From assembly GCA_963840455.1 (NCBI GenBank), contig CAWIYV010000010.1, positions 448,001 to 512,000 on the forward strand: a stretch of 64,000 bases of DNA, in the 5' to 3' direction. The position numbers and the translations under genes are program-made. Origin of the DNA: Nitrospirota bacterium. Lineage in GTDB: Bacteria > Nitrospirota > UBA9217. Under the pieces are notes generated by a model. That model saw nothing but the letters and a program-made list of their open reading frames with translations. It searched no databases and had not been told where the DNA came from. The number at the start of each line of letters is the position of its first letter. Positions within the stretch are counted from its first letter, which is position 1. This document shows, in pieces, positions 39,043-50,900 of the stretch.

Positions 39043-41343
39043 ATGCGGCGATTGACGTGGTCCAGCCTGCGCCGTGCTCGAAAGGCCCGGTGGTTGATCG
39101 TTCTCGCGGGAACGGCCGGGGTGATGTTTTTTTTTTGGTACGCACCGGCAATGGCTTTAGCTGAAGGGCTCTCGGGGCGTATGAGTTGGGTGTACGCAAC
39201 TACTGATTCCACGTCAACAGAATATTTCACCGGCACGACCACGGACTTTTCATCCCGATCTTTTGCTCAACAGTACAGCCTGACCGCTGACAAGTTCCTC
39301 TATCCGAACCTCAGGCTGTTTGCCTCCGGCCTGTTCCAGAAAGCCGATGCGACCAGCTCGACGAACGGCCAGGGAACATGGGGGGATTCCACGGTCATAC
39401 GGCCGTACATCGACCTTACCTTGAGAACTCCCGTGTTCGCCGTCGGCGTGAATTATAACGCAGTAACGACCGAGACGAAATCCTTGAATGCGCCGACGAT
39501 GACCTTGAAGCACGAGTCCTATGGTGGAATTCTGGGCATGAAACCGGAGGGCCTGCCTACGCTCGACTTGGTGCTGACCAGAAGCTACAATTACGACGAG
39601 AACCGGGTTCTGCAGGATATCGTGAACGACTCGGTGAGCCTCTATTCGCGCTACGATCCGACGAAAACAATCCGGCTGCGGTACCAGGGAAACTATACCG
39701 ATACACAGGACCGCCTCAAGGATGTGGAAAACAAGACCACGGGCAATGACATGAGGATCATGTATGACGATCAATACCTGCGTGACCGGATCATGGTATC
39801 GACATACTATGATTACGGCCACAGTACGACAGAGATCACGTCGAGCGGGAAGGGAACGGTGAATTTCCCGGTCCTCGCAGTTGACGGGCTCTTCCTGAAC
39901 AGCGACAATCTCCTGACGGACCCCCTGCGTTCGTCGCCGTTCCTGATCGACAACACGGCGACCGGCCCTACGAACGCCGCCAACAATATCGGGTCTGCAA
40001 CGTCCGCAGCTTCTCCGCCCGATACAGCGGCCAGAAACATCGGGCTGCAGTTCCCTGCGGCAGTGGAGATGAACACCCTCAACGTATGGGTCTATTCCGT
40101 GTCCGGCGCCACGGTCGATATAGCTGTCCCTGCCTTTCTGCCGGCTCCCGTGGCAGGGTCATTGACGTGGGCGGTGTACACGAGCTCCGATAACCTGAAC
40201 TGGCGGTTGTATCAAACGGGCGTCCCCGCCCCCTATGAGATCGATGTCTCCCGCCCCGGCGTGGGGCGATTCGAGATAACCTTCCCGAACGTGGTCACGA
40301 AATACATCAAGGTCGTCGTCAGTCCTCTTTCGCCGTTCGCGGCAGGAGGACAGGGGAGGGAGTTCCCGGGCATCTATGTGACCGAGCTTCAGGCGTTCAC
40401 CGCCAGATCTGCCGCAGATGTCACCGGGAAGTCCTCAGCAACCACTCAACTTGCAGGCCTGTCCACCAAGGTGATACTTTTGAAAACTCCGGGACTGAAT
40501 TATGATTTTTCCTATTTTTACAATAAGCAGGAAAGCCAGTTTTCCACGACGCTGTATACAACGATGTCGAATGCGCTTTCGGTCCAGCACCGGTTCAACC
40601 CTGTATTTTTCGGATCTGCGCAAGTACAACGGGTCGACGATTCCAGCCCCTCCGGGGATCAGGTCACGTTACAGGCCGGCGGCCAGATCGTGATTGTCCC
40701 CTTGCGGACGCTGAGCCACACCATTGGCGCTTCCAGCTCGACCATACAAAGGTCGACGGGACGGAGCAAGAGTAACGCGGTGACATTGACCAATACCGCC
40801 GAGCTTTACCCCAATATCAATGCCTTCTTGAACGGCGGGCTGAGCAGTAACGTATCGGAGACGGACCAGAAAATGGAGTCCAGGAACTATTCGGCGGGGC
40901 TCAATCTGATCCCGATACAGACATTGAACATCACGCTGAGCTCCGGGGGCCAGACAAGCGATCAATCAGGCGGAGGCGCCCCGGACAGTACGCAGTCCAC
41001 CCGGAGCAACGAGGTTAGCGCGTCGTATTATCCGTTCAAAACCCTGTACCTCTTCGCCTCCCGGAGCGTGAGATCAGGCTCGGGCCAGGCGAGCGACAGG
41101 ATCACGAACTACGGACTCAACTGGGCGCCGTTCCCGGGTGGAGATCTCGTGTTCAATTATTCCTATTTCGAGAACCGGAGGGCCTTTGATGATTCGATTG
41201 ATACGTCATCCATCCCGAGCCTGCGGTGGAATATCACCAGGCGGGCCTATGCGACTGTAGCGTATAACTCTACCAAGAACACTTCTAGAATAGGGCAGTC
41301 AACGACGAGGATAGAATCTGCGTCGTTGAATGTGATCTTTTAG
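39043..41343 (+). CDS. Predicted outer-membrane beta-barrel with inserted discoidin-like domain
   Basis: Signal peptide, Ser/Thr/Tyr-rich amphipathic strands, C-terminal SLNVIF; central WAVYTSSDNLNW...TKYIKVV module. Confidence 0.7.
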   Translation: MRRLTWSSLRRARKARWLIVLAGTAGVMFFFWYAPAMALAEGLSGRMSWVYATTDSTSTEYFTGTTTDFSSRSFAQQYSLTADKFLYPNLRLFASGLFQKADATSSTNGQGTWGDSTVIRPYIDLTLRTPVFAVGVNYNAVTTETKSLNAPTMTLKHESYGGILGMKPEGLPTLDLVLTRSYNYDENRVLQDIVNDSVSLYSRYDPTKTIRLRYQGNYTDTQDRLKDVENKTTGNDMRIMYDDQYLRDRIMVSTYYDYGHSTTEITSSGKGTVNFPVLAVDGLFLNSDNLLTDPLRSSPFLIDNTATGPTNAANNIGSATSAASPPDTAARNIGLQFPAAVEMNTLNVWVYSVSGATVDIAVPAFLPAPVAGSLTWAVYTSSDNLNWRLYQTGVPAPYEIDVSRPGVGRFEITFPNVVTKYIKVVVSPLSPFAAGGQGREFPGIYVTELQAFTARSAADVTGKSSATTQLAGLSTKVILLKTPGLNYDFSYFYNKQESQFSTTLYTTMSNALSVQHRFNPVFFGSAQVQRVDDSSPSGDQVTLQAGGQIVIVPLRTLSHTIGASSSTIQRSTGRSKSNAVTLTNTAELYPNINAFLNGGLSSNVSETDQKMESRNYSAGLNLIPIQTLNITLSSGGQTSDQSGGGAPDSTQSTRSNEVSASYYPFKTLYLFASRSVRSGSGQASDRITNYGLNWAPFPGGDLVFNYSYFENRRAFDDSIDTSSIPSLRWNITRRAYATVAYNSTKNTSRIGQSTTRIESASLNVIF

Positions 41344-41358
41344 CATGGAGGGATTGTC

Positions 41359-41925
41359 GTGAATGTCAAAAAAATCATATCGCTGTTAATGCTCGTCGGT
41401 CTTGCAGCCTGTGCCCGTCCGACAAGCGGCGTGTTCCGCGACCAGAACATGGATTTTGGGGCGATCCAGAACATTGCCGTAATGCCCCTTTCGAACCAGT
41501 CGCGGGAGCAGACCGCTGCTGACCGGGTGAGGGACGTATTCATCAATAAGCTCTTATCCACCGGCGCGGCGTATGTACTTCCTATCGGTGAGGTGAAGCG
41601 GGGGATCGCGAGGGCGGGGATCTCCGATGCGACGGCCCCCTCGCCCGAGGAAATCGTAAGGTTTGGGGGCATTGTGAAGGCTGACGTCGTGATCGTCGGT
41701 TCGGTAAAGGAGTATGGTGAGGTGAGGTCAGGCACCTCTTCCTCCACGTCCATCGCCCTGAGCATGCAGATGCTCGAAGCGCAGACGGGTCGGGTTGTAT
41801 GGGCCGCATCGTCCACCAAGGGAGGTATCACATTCGGCGACCGTCTCTTAGGCGGGGGCGGCGAACCTATGAATGTAGTTACCGAGAAGGCTGTTGATGA
41901 CATTATCGATAAACTGTTTAAATAG
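41359..41925 (+). CDS. GNA1162/CsgG-like lipoprotein
   Basis: Lipobox LAAC, IAVMPLSN, ADVVIVGSVKEY, MLEAQTGRVVW. Confidence 0.8.
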   Translation: MNVKKIISLLMLVGLAACARPTSGVFRDQNMDFGAIQNIAVMPLSNQSREQTAADRVRDVFINKLLSTGAAYVLPIGEVKRGIARAGISDATAPSPEEIVRFGGIVKADVVIVGSVKEYGEVRSGTSSSTSIALSMQMLEAQTGRVVWAASSTKGGITFGDRLLGGGGEPMNVVTEKAVDDIIDKLFK

Positions 41926-44900
41926 AAGGGGTCTTTATGTTGTCGTTGCTGGTTTCCTTGTTTTAACAGCGTGCGCGGGCAGCAGAAATTCCGTGCTGAT
42001 CAACCCTCCCGAGAAACATCTGCACGTCGCCGTATATCCAGTCGATAACCTGAGCAATGCCGTTGTGCCTTTGGACGAGATCCGGCAATCGCTGGTCCAG
42101 CAGTTGAAGGCAGCAGGGGCTGATGTGCTTGATGACGCCGCGCTCGACCAGTTTATGAAGAAACACCGTGTCCGCTATACCGCAGGTCTGGATGCCGCGA
42201 CATCAGAGTCATTCAGCAGCGAGATCGGTGTTGACGCAGTTCTTATTACCTCGGTGGAGGCCTACAGCGAGACCTATCCTCCCGCGATCGCCCTCATCTC
42301 CAGGCTGGTTTCTGCCGGACCCAGACCGTCGGTTTTGTGGGCTGACAGCATCGGAATGACAGGCGCCGATTCCCCCGGCCTCCTCGGGCTTGGCCTGATT
42401 GAAGATCCTAAAGTCCTGCGGCACAAGGCAATGGTACAGCTGGGCGCCTTATTAACGAAGTATCTTGCAGGGGAGAAGGACCGTATCCACGGCGGGCGGA
42501 AGAGCTTTGGACCGAGAGCATCATACCGCTCCCCTATCATCGGCGCGAACTTTCGGCAGAATGCCGTCGGTTTTGTGAACAGCAGTTCCAGCGGGGATGA
42601 GGGGAATGGACCGGTCAGGTTGGATGTCGCACTCACCGCTGAGAGCAGAGCGCCGGTGACGGTGGAGTATGCGGTCACGGGCGGCAAAGCGACGGAGGGG
42701 AGGGATTATGTCGTGAAGGGGAACACCCTCACCTTTGCGCCCGGAGAGACGCTCAAGAGCATTGAGGTCGACATCAGACACAACGGTGTGAATACGGGAG
42801 ACGAGACCGTCGAGGTGAGCCTGAAGAACCCGGCGGGCGCGGCCTTGGGCAGCACGGCGGTCCATACCTATACCATCATCGACAGGGATCCAGAGCCTGC
42901 GGTTACGTTTGCGGTACCGAGCCAGCAGGTGCGGGTAAAGGAGAACGCGGGGAAGGCGACGATCGGCGTGGAGCTATCGGCCGTGTCGGGCAGGGATGTG
43001 ACCATCCCGTTCATGGTGGGCGGGACGGCGAAGACACCGTCGAACTACACCATCACGCCGGGCCCGCTCGTGATCAAGGCGGGACAGAGGAGCGCAGCGA
43101 TCACGGTGAATGTCACGGACAAAGGGTTGAACGAGGACGCCAAGACCGTGGTGGTGAGCATGGGCGTGCCGACGAACGGGGTGCAGGGGAAGATTGTGCA
43201 GAGCTCTGTGACCATCGTCAACACCAGCCCCGATCCCACGGTTACGTTCACCGTAGCGAGCCAGCAGGTGAAGGAAAGCGCAGGGACAGCGGCCATCGGT
43301 GTCGAGCTCTCGGCAATTTCAGGCAGGGACGTGACCGTGCCGTTCATGGTGGGCGGGACAGCGAAGACGCCGGAGAACTTCACCATGCCTTCAGGTCCGG
43401 TGGTGATCAAGGCAGGGACGAAGGGCACGACGGTCCCGGTGCAGGTGAAGGCCAACGGGGTGAACGAGGACGACAAGACCGTGGTGGTGAGCATGGGCGT
43501 GCCGACGCACGCAGCCCAGGGAAAGACGACCACGAGCACGGTGACCATCGTCGACACGGACCCCGTCCCCGCGGTATCGTTTGTGAGCGCGAGTTCGAGC
43601 GGAGAGGAGAAGTCCGGTCCTGCGCGTCTTGAGGTGAAGCTCTCCGCGGCGAGCGGGAAGCCGGTGACGGTCGAGTACGGGGTGAAGGGCGGGACAGCGG
43701 TCTTGGGCAAGGACTACGCCCTTCCGGCCGGCGTCGTGAGCTTCGAGCCCGGAGAGACGAGCAAGACCCTGGTGGTGGACATCAAGGACCACGGCATCTA
43801 CGACGACGACAAGACCCTTGAGATCACCCTGAAGAACCCGAAGAACGCGGTGCTGGGAAGCACGGCGGTCCATACCCATACCATCATCGTCAGCGGCGGA
43901 CCCGGGCAGATCAAGAAAGCCGCGGGGACAGAGATCAAGGACGCGACCAAGCCGCTCATCATGCTTGCCATGGCGGGTACTTCGGGGGACTCTGCAATCA
44001 TGACGGGTCTGCTGGCGGCCGAAACAGAGGAGCGGAGAGAGGAGATGCCGTTGCCGGCAATCTCGTTCCTCTACGCGAATTCCCGCGGCGATGAGAAGAT
44101 GAGTTCCGTTCTTCTCCCGGTGGGCCTCTCCGCTCCGAGCGGAAAGCCGGTGCGGGTGGAGTACGAAGTGACGGGCGGGACAGCGGAGGCCGGGAAGCAG
44201 TATGTTTTGAAGGGGACCAGCCTGACCTTTGCGCCGGGCGAGACGGTGAAGGAGATCGAGGTCACGGTAAAGGATGACGGTGTGAACCGTGACGACACGA
44301 CCGTTGCGGTAAGCCTCAAGAACCCGACGGGCGCGGTGCTGGGCGAGACGGCAATGCATACCTACACCATCCTGGACAGCAGCCCCGAGCCGGCGGTGAC
44401 GTTTACCACAGCGAGCCAGCAGGTGAAGGAAAGCGCAGGGACAGCGGCCATCGGTGTCGAGCTCTCGGCAATTTCAGGCAGGGACGTGACCGTGCCGCTC
44501 CTGGTGAGCGGGACAGCGAAGACACCGTCGAACTACACCATGACGCCGGGTCCGGTGGTGATCAAGGCAGGGACGAAGAGCGCGACGGTCCCGGTGCAGG
44601 TTGCGGCCAACGGGGTGAACGAGGACGACAAGACCGTGGTGGTGAGCATGGGAGTGCCGACGCACGGTGTGCAGGGGAAAACGACCACGAGCACGGTGAC
44701 CATCGTCGACACGGACCCCGTCCCCGCGGTATCGTTTGCGAGCGCGAGTTCGAGCGGAGAGGAGAAGTCCGGCCCTGCGCGTCTTGAGATGAAGCTCTCC
44801 GCGGCGAGCGGGAAGCCGGTGTGGGTCGAGTACGGGGTGAAGGGCGGGACAGCGGTCTTGGGCAAGGACTACGCCCTTCCGGCCGGCGTCCTGAGCTTCG

Positions 44901-47900
44901 AGCCCGGAGAGACGAGCAAGACCCTGGTGGTGGACATCAAGGACCACGGCATCTACGACGACGACAAGACCCTTGAGATCGCCCTGAAGAACCCGAAGAA
45001 CGCGGTGCTGGGCGGAAGCCCGGTCCATACCCTGACCATTGTGCACACCGCACCCCTGCCGGCAGTGGCATTCCTGCATGCAGGCTCCCGGGGTACGGAG
45101 AAGTCCGGTTCCGCGCGTCTTGAGGTGCAGCTCTCTTCGGCGAGCGGAAAGCCGGTGCGGGTGGAGTACGAAGTGACGGGCGGGACAGCGGAGGCCGGGA
45201 AGCAGTATGTTTTGAAGGGGACCAGCCTGACCTTTGCGCCGGGCGAGACGGTGAAGGAGATCGAGGTCACGGTAAAGGATGACGGTGTGAACCGTGACGA
45301 CACGACCGTTGCGGTAAGCCTCAAGAACCCGACGGGCGCGGTGCTGGGCGAGACGGCAATGCATACCTACACCATCCTGGACAGCAGCCCCGAGCCGGCG
45401 GTGACGTTTACCACAGCGAGCCAGCAGGTGAAGGAAAGCGCAGGGACAGCGGCCATCGGTGTCGAGCTCTCGGCAATTTCAGGCAGGGACGTGACCGTGC
45501 CGCTCCTGGTGAGCGGGACAGCGAAGACACCGTCGAACTACACCATAACGCCGGGTCCGGTGGTGATCAAGGCAGGGACGAAGAGCGCGACGGTCCCGGT
45601 GCAGGTTGCGGCCAACGGGGTGAACGAGGACGACAAGACCGTGGTGGTGAGCATGGGAGTGCCGACGCACGGTGTGCAGGGGAAAACGACCACGAGCACG
45701 GTGACCATCGTCGACACGGACCCCGTCCCCGCGGTATCGTTTGCGAGCGCGAGTTCGAGCGGAGAGGAGAAGTCCGGTCCTGCGCGTCTTGAGGTGAAGC
45801 TCTCCGCGGCGAGCGGGAAGCCGGTGTGGGTCGAGTACGGGGTGAAGGGCGGGACAGCGGTCTTGGGCAAGGACTACGCCCTTCCGGCCGGCGTCCTGAG
45901 CTTCGAGCCCGGAGAGACGAGCAAGACCCTGGTGGTGGACATCAAGGACCACGGCATCTACGACGACGACAAGACCCTTGAGATCACCCTGAAGAACCCG
46001 AAGAACGCGGTGCTGGGCGGAAGCCCGGTCCATACCCGGACCATTGTGCACACCGCACCCCTGCCGGCAGTGGCATTCCTGCATGCAGGCTCCCGGGGTA
46101 CGGAGAAGTCCGGTTCCGCGCGTCTTGGAGGTGCAGCTCTCTTCGGCGAGCGGAAAGCCGGTGCGGGTGGAGTACGAAGTGACGGGCGGGACAGCGGAGG
46201 CCGGGAAGCAGTACGTTTTGAAGGGGACCAGCCTGACCTTTGCGCCGGGCGAGACGGTGAAGGAGATCGAGGTCACGGTAAAGGATGACGGTGTGAACCG
46301 TGACGACACGACCGTTGCGGTAAGCCTCAAGAACCCGACGGGCGCGGTGCTGGGCGAGACGGCAATGCATACCTACACCATCCTGGACAGCAGCCCCGAG
46401 CCAGCGGTGACGTTTACCACAGCAAGCCAGCAGGTGAAGGAAAGCGCAGGGACAGCGACCATCGGTGTCGAGCTCTCGGCAATTTCAGGCAGGGACGTGA
46501 CCGTGCCGCTCCTGGTGAGCGGGACAGCGAAGACACCGGGAAACTTTACCATGACTTCGGGCCCGGTGGTGATCAAGGCAGGGACGAAGAGCGCGACGGT
46601 CCCGGTGCAGGTTGCGGCCAACGGGGTGAACGAGGACGACAAGACCGTGGTGGTGAGCATGGGCGTGCCGACGCACGGTGTGCAGGGGAAAACGACCACG
46701 AGCACGGTGACCATCGTCGACACGGACCCCGTCCCCGCGGTATCGTTTGCGAGCGCGAGTTCGAGCGGAGAGGAGAAGTCCGGCCCTGCGCGTCTTGAGG
46801 TGAAGCTCTCCGCGGCGAGCGGGAAGCCGGTGACGGTGGAGTACGGGGTGAAGGGCGGGACAGCGGTCTTGGGCAAGGACTACGCCCTTCCGGCCGGCGT
46901 CCTGAGCTTCGAGCCCGGAGAGACGAGCAAGACCCTGGTGGTGGACATCAAGGACCACGGCATCTACGACGACGACAAGACCCTTGAGATCACCCTGAAG
47001 AACCCGAAGAACGCGGTGCTGGGCAAGACGACCATTCATACTCATACCTTGAGCAAAACAAATTCAGCGCCCGCAGCAGTTTCCTCCACGGCCGAGGGCC
47101 GGCAGATGAAGGAAACCTCCACTCTTGTGACCATCACTGTTGAGCCTGCTGCTGATCCGGGAAAGGATGCGATCGTCCCCGCGGTTACGTTTGCGGGCGC
47201 GAGTTCGAGCGGAGAGGAGAAGTCCGGCCCTGCGCGTCTTGAGGTGAAGCTCTCCGCGGCGAGCGGGAAGCCGGTGTGGGTCGAGTACGGGGTGAAGGGC
47301 GGGACAGCGGTCTTGGGCAAGGACTACGCCCTTCCGGCCGGCGTCCTGAGCTTCGAGCCCGGAGAGACGAGCAAGACCCTGGTGGTGGACATCAAGGACC
47401 ACGGCATCTACGACGACGACAAGACCCTTGAGATCGCCCTGAAGAACCCGAAGAACGCGGTGCTGGGCGGAAGCCCGGTCCATACCCTGACCATTGTGCA
47501 CACCGCACCCCTGCCGGCAGTGGCATTCCTGCATGCAGGCTCCCGGGGTACGGAGAAGTCCGGTTCCGCGCGTCTTGAGGTGCAGCTCTCTTCGGCGAGC
47601 GGAAAGCCGGTGCGGGTGGAGTACGAAGTGACGGGCGGGACAGCGGAGGCCGGGAAGCAGTATGTTTTGAAGGGGACCAGCCTGACCTTTGCGCCGGGCG
47701 AGACGGTGAAGGAGATCGAGGTCACGGTAAAGGATGACGGTGTGAACCGTGACGACACGACCGTTGCGGTAAGCCTCAAGAACCCGACGGGCGCGGTGCT
47801 GGGCGAGACGGCAATGCATACCTACACCATCCTGGACAGCAGCCCCGAGCCGGCGGTGACGTTTACCACAGCGAGCCAGCAGGTGAAGGAAAGCGCAGGG

Positions 47901-50900
47901 ACAGCGGCCATCGGTGTCGAGCTCTCGGCAATTTCAGGCAGGGACGTGACCGTGCCGCTCCTGGTGAGCGGGACAGCGAAGACACCGGAGAACTACACCA
48001 TGACGCCGGGTCCGGTGGTGATCAAGGCAGGGACGAAGAGCGCGACGGTCCCGGTGCAGGTTGCGGCCAACGGGGTGAACGAGGACGACAAGACCGTGGT
48101 GGTGAGCATGGGAGTGCCGACGCACGGTGTGCAGGGGAAAACGACCACGAGCACGGTGACCATCGTCGACACGGACCCCGTCCCCGCGGTATCGTTTGCG
48201 AGCGCGAGTTCGAGCGGAGAGGAGAAGTCCGGTCCTGCGCGTCTTGAGGTGAAGCTCTCCGCGGCGAGCGGGAAGCCGGTGTGGGTCGAGTACGGGGTGA
48301 AGGGCGGGACAGCGGTCTTGGGCAAGGACTACGCCCTTCCGGCCGGCGTCCTGAGCTTCGAGCCCGGAGAGACGAGCAAGACCCTGGTGGTGGACATCAA
48401 GGACCACGGCATCTACGACGACGACAAGACCCTTGAGATCGCCCTGAAGAACCCGAAGAACGCGGTGCTGGGCGGAAGCCCGGTCCATACCCTGACCATT
48501 GTGCACACCGCACCCCTGCCGGCAGTGGCATTCCTGCATGCAGGCTCCCGGGGTACGGAGAAGTCCGGTTCCGCGCGTCTTGAGGTGCAGCTCTCCGCTC
48601 CGAGCGGAAAGCCGGTGCGGGTGGAGTACGAAGTGACGGGCGGGACAGCGGAGGCCGGGAAGCAGTACGTTTTGAAGGGGACCAGCCTGACCTTTGCGCC
48701 GGGCGAGACGGTGAAGGAGATCGAGGTCACGGTAAAGGATGACGGTGTGAACCGTGACGACACGACCGTTGCGGTAAGCCTCAAGAACCCGACGGGCGCG
48801 GTGCTGGGCGAGACGGCAATGCATACCTACACCATCCTGGACAGCAGCCCCGAGCCAGCGGTGACGTTTACCACAGCAAGCCAGCAGGTGAAGGAAAGCG
48901 CAGGGACAGCGGCCATCGGTGTCGAGCTCTCGGCAATTTCAGGCAGGGACGTGACCGTGCCGCTCCTGGTGAGCGGGACAGCGAAGACACCGTCGAACTA
49001 CACCATGACGCCGGGTCCGGTGGTGATCAAGGCAGGGACGAAGAGCGCGACGGTCCCGGTGCAGGTTGCGGCCAACGGGGTGAACGAGGACGACAAGACC
49101 GTGGTGGTGAGCATGGGCGTGCCGACGCACGGTGTGCAGGGGAAAACGACCACGAGCACGGTGACCATCGTCGACACGGACCCCGTCCCCGCGGTATCGT
49201 TTGCGAGCGCGAGTTCGAGCGGAGAGGAGAAGTCCGGTCCTGCGCGTCTTGAGGTGAAGCTCTCCGCGGCGAGCGGGAAGCCGGTGTGGGTCGAGTACGG
49301 GGTGAAGGGCGGGACAGCGGTCTTGGGCAAGGACTACGCCCTTCCGGCCGGCGTCCTGAGCTTCGAGCCCGGAGAGACGAGCAAGACCCTGGTGGTGGAC
49401 ATCAAGGACCACGGCATCTACGACGACGACAAGACCCTTGAGATCACCCTGAAGAACCCGAAGAACGCGGTCCTGGGAAGCACGGCGGTGCATACCCGTA
49501 CCATCATCGTCAGCGGAGAGTCTGAGCAGACAACGGGCGTTTCCCGCCCGGTCCAACAGGCAAAGGCGACCACGGGGGCAGCGACCAAGAACGCGACCAT
49601 GCCGCTCATGATGCTTGCCATGGCAGACATTCCCGGGAACTCCACAATTATGCCGGTACTGATTGCAGCCAAAACAGACGAGCGGAGAGTGGGGATTCCC
49701 AAGCCTACGGTGGCGTTCCTGTATGCGATCTCCCGCGGCTACGAGAGGGTAAGTACTGTCCGGATTCCTGTGGCGCTTAACGCGGTAAGCGGCAAGCCGG
49801 TAACGGTGGAGTATGCGGTAAGGGGCGGAACAGCGGTTCGAGGTATGAACTACACTCTGAAGGACGGAGGGCTAACCTTCAAACCCGGAGAGACGGTCAA
49901 GACCATTGAGGTCAGTATAAAGGATAACGGTGTGAACGAGCCTGACAGGACCGTCGAGTTGAGCCTGATGAACCCGAAGAACGCGGTCCTGGGCAACACA
50001 GCGGTCCATACCTATACCATCATGGATAACGACCCCGAGCCCGCTGTTACGTTCACGGTGGCGGGCCAGCAGGTGAAGGAGAGCGCGCGGAGCGTTTCCA
50101 TCGGGGTGGAGCTTTCTACGGTGTCGGGCTGGGACGTAGCGGTGCCGTTCCTGGTGACCGGGACTGCGAGGACGCCGGGGAACTACTCCATCGTGCCTAG
50201 TCCGCTGGTGATCAAGGAAGGCCAGCGGAGTGCTTCGATCACGGTGCAGGTTGCTGATAACGGTCTGAACGAGGATGACAAGACCGTAGCGGTGAGCATG
50301 GGGGTGCCGACGCACGCGGTGCAGGGAAAGGTCGTCGCGAGCACCGTGACCATCGTTAACATCGATCCCGAGCCAGCGGTGACGTTCACGATGGCGGGCC
50401 AGCAGGTGAAGGAGAACGCGGGGAAGGCGACCATCGGTGTTGAGCTTTCGGCAGTGTCGGGCAGGGACGTGATCGTGCCGCTTATGGTAAGCGGAACAGC
50501 GAAGACACCGGAGAACTTCGCCATGCCTTCGGGCCCGGTGGTGATCAAGGCAGGGACGAAGAGTGCGACGATCCCGGTGCAGGTGGTGGCCAACGGGGTG
50601 AGCGAGGACGACAAGACCGTGGTGGTGAGCATGGGAGTGCCGATACACGCGGTGCAGGGGAAAACGACCGCGAACACGGTGACCATTGTCAATACGGATC
50701 CTGAGCCCACAGTATCGTTTGCGAGCGCGAGTTCGAGCGGAGAGGAGAAGTCCGGCCCTGCCCATCTTGAGGTGAAGCTCTCTGCGGCGAGCGGCAGGCC
50801 GGTGACGGTGGAGTATGCTGCCTCGGGCGGCACGGCGATACAGGGGAAGGACTACGCCCTGCAGGGAGGTCCGCTGACCTTCGCTCCCGGCGAGACGGCC

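Noticed and set aside
44130-49510. Possible CRISPR array or diversity-generating retroelement repeats
   Set aside because: Units are 1005 bp, in-frame and coding, with no spacers, no adenine-specific mismatch pattern evident, and no cas or reverse transcriptase gene
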